A DNA stretch of 39,588 bases from a virus (lineage: Duplodnaviria > Heunggongvirae > Uroviricota > Caudoviricetes): IMG/VR virus record IMGVR_UViG_2534681990_000031; one strand, given 5' to 3'. Positions 7,597-16,685 of this stretch are shown one piece after another. The position numbers were made by a program, and so were the translations under genes. Position 1 is the first letter of the stretch. Each line of letters starts with the position of its first letter. A model generated the notes under the pieces. The model saw only the letters and a list, made by a program, of their open reading frames with translations. It ran no database searches and was not told the DNA's origin.

Positions 7597-8508
7597 TTAC
7601 ACTGAACTTACCGTTCTCCAGGCATTATTAATATAAATCTGAACCGGGCGATAATAGACCCCACCGATATTGTCCGCAGACCGGGAGCCGGTTTCCTGCA
7701 CGTTAATTCCGGAAAGCATACAACCGGAAGGTGCGCTGTAATTCCATGACATTTCATTGCCTCCGGGTGAATGATAGCTCTGTGCTCCAAGCTGAACATT
7801 CTGTACATACCGGCCATCTGCGGTTGACTGCGTCATTCCTGACGTGATGTTGATATCCAGCGTTCCGTCAAAAGGAACACCATTAATATTTCTTGGGGTG
7901 GCGAGTCTGTTTGCTGCCACGGCGGTTCCACCCGATGGCAGGGCATCAGCAGCCTTATTTACCGTTTCCCGTAAACCGACGTTATCGATAAAAGCGCCTT
8001 TATCCGGAATGTCTGCGCCGTTCTGCTCCCTGCGCAGGTAACGGTTATCACCTTCGCTTTTGCTGTAAACATCCAGATTATTACGGGCGGTTCCCGCATT
8101 CTCCAGGTCGGCAAGGTTCTGATCCTTCGCCAGAGCATTAACGTCACCGGGACCAAGACTGTTTTTTGTGGCAAGCGCCCCAAGACCAAGATAACCACGG
8201 GCAAGACGCTGGGCTTCCGCACCGGCATCAGCAATTTCTTTCAGGTTGTTTTTCCGGGAAAAGGCATTCGCAGCGATAATGGCTTTAATGGACAGCGTAA
8301 GCTGGTTTAACTGCGCCTTATCCGGCTGAATACTGGCTTCAGCCAGAATATTCAGCAGTTCGGCCTGGAGAATATTCAGCCAGTCCTGACCAATCCAGCT
8401 GATACCTTTTTGTCCGTCACCTTCGGTAAACCAGGTGGTGGTATTACTCTGCGCCGGTGCCAGCGCAGGCATATTCGCCACGCCGGAATTATTATCAACA
8501 TGGAACAT
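7597..8508 (-). CDS. tail fibre protein (S-like), constant N-terminus plus currently expressed variable tip
   Basis: Start MFHVDNNSG (ATG overlapping stop of upstream gene as TAATG); Gly/Asn/Ala-rich fibre-like sequence; C-terminal 67 aa unique to this orientation; track ORF extends to 8562. Confidence 0.8.
   Translation of the reverse strand: MFHVDNNSGVANMPALAPAQSNTTTWFTEGDGQKGISWIGQDWLNILQAELLNILAEASIQPDKAQLNQLTLSIKAIIAANAFSRKNNLKEIADAGAEAQRLARGYLGLGALATKNSLGPGDVNALAKDQNLADLENAGTARNNLDVYSKSEGDNRYLRREQNGADIPDKGAFIDNVGLRETVNKAADALPSGGTAVAANRLATPRNINGVPFDGTLDINITSGMTQSTADGRYVQNVQLGAQSYHSPGGNEMSWNYSAPSGCMLSGINVQETGSRSADNIGGVYYRPVQIYINNAWRTVSSV
7966..7991. other. gix-like recombination site (right crossover, inside tail-fibre gene)
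   Basis: Minus-strand ATAACGTCGGTTTACGGGAAAC at codons for NVGLR; start of homology with left site. Confidence 0.45.
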
Positions 8509-9068
8509 TAAATATTCTCCTCTTCGTGACTGTTTGCATATACGTAAATAAACGTCTGCCATGCAGGCTTATAACGGTTCAGAATACATTCCAGCGCACC
8601 GCCTTCATAAATACGCAGCGGCGTGAGAATATCATCCAGCACATTCATATTCCGGTAGCCGGTTTCACTGTTAATCGTGACAATACTGACCCACTGTGAA
8701 TCCGGTGATGGCTGAATATCTATTTCATAACCAAACTCTGCCGCAAACCGGATATAAAATTCACGGTTAAGAGAGGGTTTCATCCGGTATTTATTCCCGG
8801 CATAACGCTGACGCTCCTGAATGGTTGCGCCGGTCATATCACATTCCGGTAACCCCAGATAACGCTCCCAGTCTTCCAGCAGCAGACGGGATGAATCAGG
8901 AAAACGTTCTGCCAGCATCTGGTTACCGGTCCAGGAAACACGCTCCGTGGAATGACTGAGGCCCAGGCACAAAGCCGCAAGAACGGATGACGGCCGCTTA
9001 TCCCATGCCAGCCCGTCAGGCAGCAACTGCAACAGGGCGCGCTGATGCGGGGTCAGGGTTACAGCCAT
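8508..9068 (-). CDS. tail/baseplate protein (Mu gp48-like)
   Basis: Track ORF 186 aa directly upstream of tail fibre, downstream of baseplate J-like gene; translationally coupled. Confidence 0.65.
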   Translation of the reverse strand: MAVTLTPHQRALLQLLPDGLAWDKRPSSVLAALCLGLSHSTERVSWTGNQMLAERFPDSSRLLLEDWERYLGLPECDMTGATIQERQRYAGNKYRMKPSLNREFYIRFAAEFGYEIDIQPSPDSQWVSIVTINSETGYRNMNVLDDILTPLRIYEGGALECILNRYKPAWQTFIYVYANSHEEENI

Positions 9069-10144
9069 GTGATTTCCCCCACGGTCAGCAACTCTGTATC
9101 TCCGGCCATCACGGACTTCAGCGGGCTGCGAACTTCAAAATCCTCCAGTCCTTTCACCCCTGCAACAGCCCGCCAGAATGATGAAGGCAATACAAGTCCA
9201 CCCGGCCGCGATTCGTTATAAAGCAGGTCTGTTAATGCCTGTTTTACGGCAGCCTGATTTTCCGGCGTTTTGGGTACAATCCTGATCTCAAACGCCACCG
9301 GCTTATTGGTCAGCTTAAACACGCTGATTGTCGGCCCAAGTGGCTGACCAACGGGCTGGCCCGTCGCCGGATCATCATGACTGCGGATATAATCCGCCAC
9401 CCGCTTCACATCACCTTCTCCGGGGAAAATGTCAGGGTTATTATCCTGAACAAAAGTCACACCAACACTACCCGCCTCAGGCCATTCAGGCTTACACCAT
9501 GCCCGCGTCACGCCCGGTACTTCCCGTGCCCAGCGTTCAAAATCATACTGTGTTCCCCCTGATGGCGGGTTCTGTACCCGGAATACCAGCCTGGACAGCA
9601 ACTCCGGCACCGTTTCCACATCCGCACCACCGGTGAGTCCCGTGCCGGTGACCGTGGCTGTCTGGTTGATGCCCGCCTGTGGCGTGATAAAGGACAGGCG
9701 GGTTCCGGTCGGGGTATTTCCAGCGCGCCCCGCACTTTCCGCCTCCACATTAACATTCAGTGTTCCGGCTTTTCCGGTCGCAGAGCCGGTGATGCGGTAC
9801 ACAACCCCATCGCTTCGCTGAAGGAGTACGCCTTCCGTGATCCCTGCATCCGTGGTCAGCATCAGTTGTACCGGTCCGTCAGCGCGGGAAGCCGGTTTAC
9901 GGATGACACCCCAGAATGCGCAGTGTTTCAGGAGTTCGGCTTCATCAGCTTCTGTCGGAATTATCTGCCGGGAGATCCAGGCCAGATGTTCATGCTCCTG
10001 TGCTGACAGACCCGCCAGTGCATACGCAATGGCATTCAGGGTGGTTTCATTCACGCCCGGCTGCGAACCGGGCAGGCGCTGGCTGATATCCTGTTGTGTC
10101 TGTGTGATCAGTTGCGCCAGTGGTAAGGGCTGATAAGGCATCAT
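9059..10144 (-). CDS. baseplate J-like protein (Mu gp47-like)
   Basis: Track ORF 361 aa; position and size match baseplate wedge J family in Mu/P2-type tails. Confidence 0.7.
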   Translation of the reverse strand: MMPYQPLPLAQLITQTQQDISQRLPGSQPGVNETTLNAIAYALAGLSAQEHEHLAWISRQIIPTEADEAELLKHCAFWGVIRKPASRADGPVQLMLTTDAGITEGVLLQRSDGVVYRITGSATGKAGTLNVNVEAESAGRAGNTPTGTRLSFITPQAGINQTATVTGTGLTGGADVETVPELLSRLVFRVQNPPSGGTQYDFERWAREVPGVTRAWCKPEWPEAGSVGVTFVQDNNPDIFPGEGDVKRVADYIRSHDDPATGQPVGQPLGPTISVFKLTNKPVAFEIRIVPKTPENQAAVKQALTDLLYNESRPGGLVLPSSFWRAVAGVKGLEDFEVRSPLKSVMAGDTELLTVGEITWL

Positions 10145-10578
10145 TCCCCCTTCATATCAGCATAAAAAATCATCGGATGTCTGCTTCCGTCCGGCAGGGT
10201 GATTTTCACGGAAAGCGAAAGGCGAGCATGCCCCACACGCATGGCATGACATACCACGGATGTGGCAGCACCGCTTTTATGCAGCCACGCCAGCGCTTCA
10301 TCAGCATAGGCCTGTGCACGGCTGACCACGGAGGACAGCGTCTTTTCACGGCTTAACAGCCAGAGACGGGAGCCAACGGGGCGCTCCCGGAAACTGTCTC
10401 CCCACCATCCCCGACGGTCACGGGTGCCGTCAGGGATTTCATCGGAATCCAGCGCCCGCCTGTCCGTAAACAGTGAAATAATGACCGCAGTCAGCAGGCT
10501 GTTATCCGTCAGAAGATCTGCGCCGTTCAGTTGCAGGGAACCGCAACCCTGATCCCAGACGACAGCAATATCAGCCAT
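10141..10578 (-). CDS. baseplate wedge protein (gp46 / GPW-like)
   Basis: Internal ATG (MADIAVVWDQ...) of track ORF 10141..10791 chosen because the upstream part overlaps the preceding gene; 145 aa. Confidence 0.6.
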   Translation of the reverse strand: MADIAVVWDQGCGSLQLNGADLLTDNSLLTAVIISLFTDRRALDSDEIPDGTRDRRGWWGDSFRERPVGSRLWLLSREKTLSSVVSRAQAYADEALAWLHKSGAATSVVCHAMRVGHARLSLSVKITLPDGSRHPMIFYADMKGE

Positions 10579-11185
10579 TCTCTGGTCCTCCCGTTTTGCT
10601 GCCTTCACCGTTATCGTGATGCACATGACCTGAATAGGTGATCCCGGCAATAACCGCTTCGGACATCGTGAACGTCCCCTGTGATCTTCCGGTGCCGTCA
10701 ATGGACACATTGCCTTTGACATGCAGGTTCTTATCCACTGTGACATTACCGGTAAAGTGAGCCTCCGGTGTATCCACCTGAACACCTTCATCGGCGTAAA
10801 TCTCCAGCGTCTTACAGGTCACAATGATCCGGCCGTTCTTTGTCAGACGTATACGGTGCCCCTCATGGTGATACACGCCGGTATCTCCGGCGGTAAGTCC
10901 GGTCGGGCGACTGCGGCGGTCTTCCACCACAAGCACCACGGCCTGATCCCGTTGTCCGCCAGCACAGGCCAGAAAAACTTCCGCACCAGGCAGGGGGACG
11001 CTGATTTGCCCGTACTGCTGGGGGCGTTCAACGTCATCAAAGGTTTCACCATCCATACCGGTGATTTGCACATTCTGGATTTTCAGCGTGTCCGTTGTGC
11101 CGGTCAGTACACCACGCCCGAACAGCAGACGAACACCCCGCATCACGGGGGCCAGAAGGCGGCTGATGACTTCGTCATTCATCAT
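10571..11185 (-). CDS. baseplate central spike / assembly protein V-like (gp45-like)
   Basis: Track ORF 204 aa; beta-rich Gly/Val/Thr sequence with HxH-containing C-terminus; synteny. Confidence 0.6.
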   Translation of the reverse strand: MMNDEVISRLLAPVMRGVRLLFGRGVLTGTTDTLKIQNVQITGMDGETFDDVERPQQYGQISVPLPGAEVFLACAGGQRDQAVVLVVEDRRSRPTGLTAGDTGVYHHEGHRIRLTKNGRIIVTCKTLEIYADEGVQVDTPEAHFTGNVTVDKNLHVKGNVSIDGTGRSQGTFTMSEAVIAGITYSGHVHHDNGEGSKTGGPENG

Positions 11186-12299
11186 TGAATTTAATCCCCT
11201 GTTTTTTCATCTGTGCCCGCACGAAGGCGTCCACGTCACCCGCATTTCCGCTTCCGCTGTTTCCCGGCTCTGCCGGAACAATAAAGCCGTCACGGGGTGC
11301 CAGAATCAGACGGGTGGTTTCGCCGTGATTTGCATCCAGCGAAAACTCCACCTGACAGACAAGAAGATCACGCTCTTCCACTCCGGTGCGGGGAGCCGTG
11401 ACAGCCGTCAGCAGGTTGATATCCCACAACTGGCCGTTCTCCCGAAACCAGTGCCGCACGGTGGCTGTCAGGCGCACAGAGCGGGCAACCGCCCGGCGCA
11501 TTTCCCGGACAGCCCTCTGGCGTGCACCGTCTGCATCAACAGCATGATCCGCCAGCACAATTTTCGGTCTGTAACGGTGGATGGCACTGTCTGTCACCGT
11601 ACCAACGGGTGCGGCCAGCGTTCCGGCTGTCAGTGCATCCCCGGCATGACCACCACCACGCCCGTGCCCCCGTACACGGTATTCACTGTGGCGCAGACGG
11701 TGATCCACGTTGTGATCCAAATCCAGCAGATTTTCGCCCAGCGTCAGCGTGTCGCCACGCTGACTGCCGGCCTGAGTGAAAACCAGTTCACCGGCGGCAT
11801 TACTGGTTACCAGGACGCCTCTGTGTCTCGCGGCCCGTGTCAGCGCATCTGCCACGGTTTCTGAGTTTTCCAGTGTGAAGGTGGAAAAGGGCCGGGCTGC
11901 CGTTGCATCATTTACCTGCCAGCGCACCGTGACCCCGAACGGAGCACACAAATCTGAAGCAATGTGCTCCAGCGTGCGGTTCCTCCACTGGCTGCCCGGA
12001 TGAATGGCTGAACAGTCCACCAGGTCACCGGTTTTATCCCGTCCGCTGAGCGTGATCTGAAAACGCGTGGCGCTGATGCGCTGCCGGACCTGATCCAGCC
12101 AGCCAGTGATCACAGGCTGACCGTCAATGCGCAATTCCAGAGACTGACCGGCACGGACGGATGACGGAAGGCGTACACCGGGCATCATTACCCCCAGTTC
12201 AAAGGAGCCCGCCAGATGTTCAAGAGAGCGACGAACACTCACCGTCAGCCAGCCGGAAAAAATCTCACCGCCCAGATACAGTTCAACCCTGCTGCTCAC
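11175..12299 (-). CDS. baseplate hub / tail protein P-like (late control D family)
   Basis: Track ORF 374 aa between DNA circularization-like gene and spike; synteny with Mu P. Confidence 0.65.
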   Translation of the reverse strand: MSSRVELYLGGEIFSGWLTVSVRRSLEHLAGSFELGVMMPGVRLPSSVRAGQSLELRIDGQPVITGWLDQVRQRISATRFQITLSGRDKTGDLVDCSAIHPGSQWRNRTLEHIASDLCAPFGVTVRWQVNDATAARPFSTFTLENSETVADALTRAARHRGVLVTSNAAGELVFTQAGSQRGDTLTLGENLLDLDHNVDHRLRHSEYRVRGHGRGGGHAGDALTAGTLAAPVGTVTDSAIHRYRPKIVLADHAVDADGARQRAVREMRRAVARSVRLTATVRHWFRENGQLWDINLLTAVTAPRTGVEERDLLVCQVEFSLDANHGETTRLILAPRDGFIVPAEPGNSGSGNAGDVDAFVRAQMKKQGIKFNDE

Positions 12300-13632
12300 T
12301 AATCACCTCCACTGAATGGCCTCCGGGAATGAACAGCGGATCAACAATACCGTTACGGCGCACAAAACGTTGCCAGCCGGTACTGTTCCCGGTGGCACGG
12401 TACAGGGTCACCAGTGCAGGCTCGGTGGTACGTACAGTCACTACTGTTGCACCGGGTAGCTGAACTCCCCGTGTATTCAGATCCTCTGTCAGTGCCAGTC
12501 TGGCATCACGAAGCGTCAGCGCCGTGGCGGTATACCCCTGCCCGGACAGTGTCATCACCTGCCGTTCGAGCGCTTCGCTTAAGTCACGGTTAATGCGCTG
12601 AAGATCAACTGAACTTTCCAGCCAGACAGGCCAGGTACGGTGGGCTGCGTCACTGTCCGGCAGGGTTTCCTGACTGAGAACCTGATCCAGCAGTTTTCCC
12701 ACGGTCTGTGCCTGGGCCACCACGGCAGCACTCTGCATTACCGCCCGTATCAGACGAATATTCTTTTGTGCTGCCGGTGTCAGACCGATGAGAGTCTGCG
12801 GATTATCCTGCTCATCCAGCACGTAACGCAGGGAAGATAATGTCCTGTACAGTTGCGGCATTCCCTGAGAGAAGGCGGATGTCGTCCGGCCGATACTGCC
12901 ACCGGGCCGGGTATTCAGGCCTCCTGAAGACAGTGACGGCAGCGATGGCAGGGTGATCAGGGCACTGAAAAGCCCCGCAAAAGATGAGGCCATGCGGGAA
13001 GGTGCTGTCAGTAATGCCGTGGCATTCCCTTTCAGCGCCGTGAACGTGGCAGTAAAGGCACTGATATCCTGTACAATCCCCATGCCGGAAACGGCATTTT
13101 CCAGGGCGGACACCTTATCGCTGATGGTTTCGGTCATTGCCTGGACATCGTGCATTCCGTCAGAAATCACCGTCCAGCCCGCTTCCAGGGTTTCAAAAAC
13201 CTTCCCGAGCGCGGTGGTACTCTTCTGCTCCAGAATGGCGGCCGTGTCCTGTGTGACAGCAGGTGCGGTATCATCACTTACCGGCGTGACATTAATGGTG
13301 AACTCAACCACGCCCTGTTCAGCAGCGTTATAACGACTTTCAAAGCTGTTTATCAGCACATTTAACGTGCCGTAATCCGGGTGAAGCAGCTCCCCGGCAC
13401 CGGGAGCACGAAGGGCATCACGCAGACGATTTCGCTGTGTCTGAACATCATCCCCCATCACAAGTACACTGAACGTAAATTCAGCCAGTTTAGGTCCCAG
13501 ATCGTCTGCACCACCGGTTTCCCGTAACGGATATTCCCGACGGACAATGTTTCGCCCGCCACGTTCGCGCTGCTCACGCCAGACGAGGAACGGCACACCA
13601 CGGAACGCACCACGACCGTCACCAGAGGCCAT
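12283..13632 (-). CDS. Mu N-like tail protein (DNA circularization protein family)
   Basis: Track ORF 12283..13653; start chosen at internal ATG (MASGDGRG) preceded by GGAGGG RBS; follows tape measure. Confidence 0.65.
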   Translation of the reverse strand: MASGDGRGAFRGVPFLVWREQRERGGRNIVRREYPLRETGGADDLGPKLAEFTFSVLVMGDDVQTQRNRLRDALRAPGAGELLHPDYGTLNVLINSFESRYNAAEQGVVEFTINVTPVSDDTAPAVTQDTAAILEQKSTTALGKVFETLEAGWTVISDGMHDVQAMTETISDKVSALENAVSGMGIVQDISAFTATFTALKGNATALLTAPSRMASSFAGLFSALITLPSLPSLSSGGLNTRPGGSIGRTTSAFSQGMPQLYRTLSSLRYVLDEQDNPQTLIGLTPAAQKNIRLIRAVMQSAAVVAQAQTVGKLLDQVLSQETLPDSDAAHRTWPVWLESSVDLQRINRDLSEALERQVMTLSGQGYTATALTLRDARLALTEDLNTRGVQLPGATVVTVRTTEPALVTLYRATGNSTGWQRFVRRNGIVDPLFIPGGHSVEVISEQQG

Positions 13633-15694
13633 AATTCCCTCCGTTCCAGACATTCACATCCAGTCCGTGACCGGACGTGTCATCAATATCAATACTGCGA
13701 GCCTGCCACCCTTCCGGGGCAACCAGCTCCACACGGGCAGAGGCTTTTTGTACCGCCTGTCCACTGCTTTCATCATCACTGCCCCGTAATTTCTGCCAGG
13801 CTTCAGTCAGCCATCCCCCCAGATAGTTACCGAGATAGCTGCCCACCGTAGAACCAATGGCAATCCCCACAGGTCCGGCTGCCGCCCCCAGCGCACCACC
13901 GGCAATACTGCCTGCAAGAGAGCCGACCGCTTCTCCCTTGTCTGTGGCACTGGCGCTGCCATCCAGCAGAACCGGGGCTGCCATCGCGCCAGCCCACAGG
14001 GCACCTCCACCCAGCCGGCCGGCCAGTCCACCGGCACTGCGGAAAAAGCCGGAGAAACGCCCCAGCCCCATGCGGCTACCGACAGACGAAAGTAACCCAC
14101 CGGCGCGCCCCATCATGCGCCCCCAGAACCCTGCCCCACCAGAAGAGGGAGACGGTGGCACTGGGGACGGTGGCAGGGGAGGCGTGACCGGTCTTCCGCG
14201 CCCCGGTCCGCGTTTCCTGCGGCCCCGCCCCTGACGTCCGCCTGAGGATGTATCGGTCGCGCCGGTGCCGGACAGTCCTCCTGTGGGCCAGTTTGTTACA
14301 AGTACTGGCTGAACGGCTGCCGGATTTACCCCGGTAAGAAAGTTTATAAAACGTTGCCCTCGTCCCTGAGATGTGCCTGGTGGTGTTCCGGCCGGAGGAG
14401 AGCGCCGGAAAGGTGAGGTCAGGAAGGCCGCCGCTGATAATCCGTATCCCAGCAATGCAGCACCCGGACGTATAATCCCCGTTCCGACAGCCCGCGCCAT
14501 TTTCAGGGCACGGGTGGCGAGATACATGTACAGCAGGTATTTCGCGGCGGTCTGTGCCCCCTGACCAATGCGATCCAGCGCATCACCATAGCCCGCATCC
14601 CGCAGAGCCTGAAGCGTGTCGCGTACCTTTCTGATCGCCTGATAAAACCCAGTCACTGCATCACGGGCATACTCAAAGCCCTGGTTCATGGCTGATGCCG
14701 TGCTTTCCGCCAGGGAATGGTAACTGCCATCAGATTTGGCACTGTCAACCCATGAAAGAAATCCCCTGAGATTACCCTTCAGTTTTTCAAATGGCCCACT
14801 GTCCATCACATCCCGGGCAAACTGGTCCCAGACGTCACCCATCATGGCCGTCAGGCCACTCCAGGAATTCATTGCGTCCTTTTGTGCTCCCCTGGCCTGT
14901 TCCGCCAGCGTCTGAAATAACAGGCGAATACTGTCCGGCCCAAGCAGCCCTTTTTCACCAAGTTTTCTGACCACTTTCTGGTCCACACCCAGACGATCAG
15001 CCAGCACGCGGTAGGCATTAATGCCGTAGGTGGCAAGAATATTTGCATCCGCCGCCTGAATACTGCCTCTTGCATACATCTGTTTCAGTTGCAGGGATGC
15101 CCCCTGTGCATCGGACAGTGACCAGCCGCCCACGGCACCCTGATCCTGAAGCATGGTGACAAAATTTCGGGCCTCCCTGTCACTCATACCAAAGCCCAGA
15201 CTGGACGTATATTCCTGCATGACGCCAGCCAGCCCCCAGGTGGTTTCCTTCGCATTCTGTATTGCCCACCTGCGGACATCATCAGTTTTCGCCCGATCCC
15301 CTTTGTAAAGGGAGTTCAGGCGAATCATATAGGTTTCCATCTCCGCTGCCGGGCGAATAAATCCCCGGTTAAAGCCATATACAGCAGCACCACCGGCCAG
15401 CATTCCGTAAAGATTGCTGATCCGCCCGATGGTGCCGGTAATACTGCCCTGAAGACGGTCAAAATCAGAAGTGACATGGCGGATACTGCCCCGCACCCCG
15501 GCCAGCGTGCGCTGCATCCTGCTTCCGAGTACATCTGTTTCCTGCCCGGCACGGCGGGCAGCATTTCCCAGGCCACCCAGCCCCGCCTGGCCGGAGCGTG
15601 AGAATGCCCCCAGCTCCTGTGACCACTGGCGGGATTTGGCTGAGATATTGCCGAGCAAATCAACTATCAGAGATGCTCTGAGATTTCGGGCCAT
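13619..15694 (-). CDS. tail tape measure protein
   Basis: 691 aa, between chaperone and baseplate genes; helical N-terminus, Pro-rich and Gly-rich C-terminal segments typical of tape measures. Confidence 0.8.
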   Translation of the reverse strand: MARNLRASLIVDLLGNISAKSRQWSQELGAFSRSGQAGLGGLGNAARRAGQETDVLGSRMQRTLAGVRGSIRHVTSDFDRLQGSITGTIGRISNLYGMLAGGAAVYGFNRGFIRPAAEMETYMIRLNSLYKGDRAKTDDVRRWAIQNAKETTWGLAGVMQEYTSSLGFGMSDREARNFVTMLQDQGAVGGWSLSDAQGASLQLKQMYARGSIQAADANILATYGINAYRVLADRLGVDQKVVRKLGEKGLLGPDSIRLLFQTLAEQARGAQKDAMNSWSGLTAMMGDVWDQFARDVMDSGPFEKLKGNLRGFLSWVDSAKSDGSYHSLAESTASAMNQGFEYARDAVTGFYQAIRKVRDTLQALRDAGYGDALDRIGQGAQTAAKYLLYMYLATRALKMARAVGTGIIRPGAALLGYGLSAAAFLTSPFRRSPPAGTPPGTSQGRGQRFINFLTGVNPAAVQPVLVTNWPTGGLSGTGATDTSSGGRQGRGRRKRGPGRGRPVTPPLPPSPVPPSPSSGGAGFWGRMMGRAGGLLSSVGSRMGLGRFSGFFRSAGGLAGRLGGGALWAGAMAAPVLLDGSASATDKGEAVGSLAGSIAGGALGAAAGPVGIAIGSTVGSYLGNYLGGWLTEAWQKLRGSDDESSGQAVQKASARVELVAPEGWQARSIDIDDTSGHGLDVNVWNGGNYGLW

Positions 15695-15696
15695 AC

Positions 15697-15879
15697 TTAC
15701 TGCTTCGTTCTGATGATTTTTTCTGTCTGTCGGCAGTGCCGGTAAAGTTGCGACAGGGGGAGGTTAAGCGCCCATTCCGGACCGCTTTTTGTCACCATCC
15801 CCAGGATAATTGCCGCTTCTTCAATCTGATCCCGACACTGCGCCTGATCGCCCCCGGTCAGCTGCCAGCTTTCCGGCAA
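15697..15879 (-). CDS. possible frameshift extension of tail assembly chaperone (GT-like)
   Basis: 60-aa ORF in +1 frame relative to the chaperone; overlaps its last ~58 bp and ends 3 bp before tape measure start; listed start is TTG. Confidence 0.3.
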   Translation of the reverse strand: MPESWQLTGGDQAQCRDQIEEAAIILGMVTKSGPEWALNLPLSQLYRHCRQTEKIIRTKQ

Positions 15880-16315
15880 GCGCGGTATCCAGCAGGCTGA
15901 CCGCTGCCATCAGGCGGGAGAGATCGCGCTCGCTTAACTGTCCAATCTGACGGGGTGACAACGGACCTTCAATGTCTCCCACTGCGGCAATCTGACGGCG
16001 CAGCAGTGCAACACCGCGTAACGACGGAGACGCTATCAGCATCGGGCCATTGTTTGTCTCCACCACGCGCTCGGCTTCTGCTTCTGCGTCAATACTGTCT
16101 TTCGCTGTCAGTTCCCGGAACGTGACACGATATTCACGGGTCTCACCAAACGGCAGACCATCAAGCAGATCCACATATCCCTTTGCCAGTTGCTCTGTCA
16201 GCCCGGCAGTGCGTGGATCAGCCCCCTCAAGTGCTTCCCGGATTGCCTCCATCACGGCTGCCTCGGAAACTGCCGTTTTTTTCTTACGTGTGGTCATTTT
16301 ATTTTTCCTGATCAC
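15821..16315 (-). CDS. tail assembly chaperone (between tube and tape measure)
   Basis: Track ORF 164 aa; conserved position; ATGA overlap with tube gene stop. Confidence 0.55.
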   Translation of the reverse strand: MIRKNKMTTRKKKTAVSEAAVMEAIREALEGADPRTAGLTEQLAKGYVDLLDGLPFGETREYRVTFRELTAKDSIDAEAEAERVVETNNGPMLIASPSLRGVALLRRQIAAVGDIEGPLSPRQIGQLSERDLSRLMAAVSLLDTALAGKLAADRGRSGAVSGSD

Positions 16316-16677
16316 TGAACACGGGTACTGGAGGCGCTGGCGAACTTCACGGAGATCTCCCCGCCACCGTCAAGCGAGGCCGGTTCACTGCTCCAGGCCT
16401 TCGTCATCATGTGGACTTCGCCGGTATCCGCCACAAACTCGATAGTGACCGCAGTCCAGTTGTTGATTTCATCGGCGGCTGGTGAACCTTCTCCGCCTGC
16501 CGGAAATTTGCAGTCCAGCGTCGCTTCACGTGGTTTCTGGCGGTAACCATAGACTTTCGCGCCTTTCACCACTTCACGTTCAAAACCAGACGGAGAAAAT
16601 GTAGCCCCCTCAAGCGTCTCGTATTCCTGACCGTTCACACGGATAGTGGCCGTACCCTGATACTGTTTTCCGCTCAT
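16312..16677 (-). CDS. tail tube protein
   Basis: 121 aa immediately downstream of sheath gene; Mu M-like synteny. Confidence 0.75.
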   Translation of the reverse strand: MSGKQYQGTATIRVNGQEYETLEGATFSPSGFEREVVKGAKVYGYRQKPREATLDCKFPAGGEGSPAADEINNWTAVTIEFVADTGEVHMMTKAWSSEPASLDGGGEISVKFASASSTRVQ

Positions 16678-16685
16678 GCCTTACC

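Larger units (their letters stand above)
6600..7983. other. Gin-invertible tail-fibre tip segment (~1.4 kb), flanked by ~180-bp imperfect inverted repeats
   Basis: Plus-strand 6599-6781 encodes NLGLRDTVNRAANALPSNGAAVAANKLATPRNINGVPFDGTQDINITSGMTQSVADSRYVQ, near-identical to minus-strand tail-fibre residues 194-254 (7801-7983); sequences diverge after RYVQ into two different tips. Confidence 0.65.

Noticed and set aside
11061-11864. 267-aa plus-strand ORF inside baseplate genes
   Set aside because: Shadow ORF in GC-rich DNA, antisense to the P-like and spike genes; Arg/Cys/His-rich non-protein-like sequence.
13850-14300. Pro-rich and Gly-rich low-complexity stretch, possible separate gene or repeat element
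   Set aside because: It is in frame within the tape measure protein, where such segments are common.
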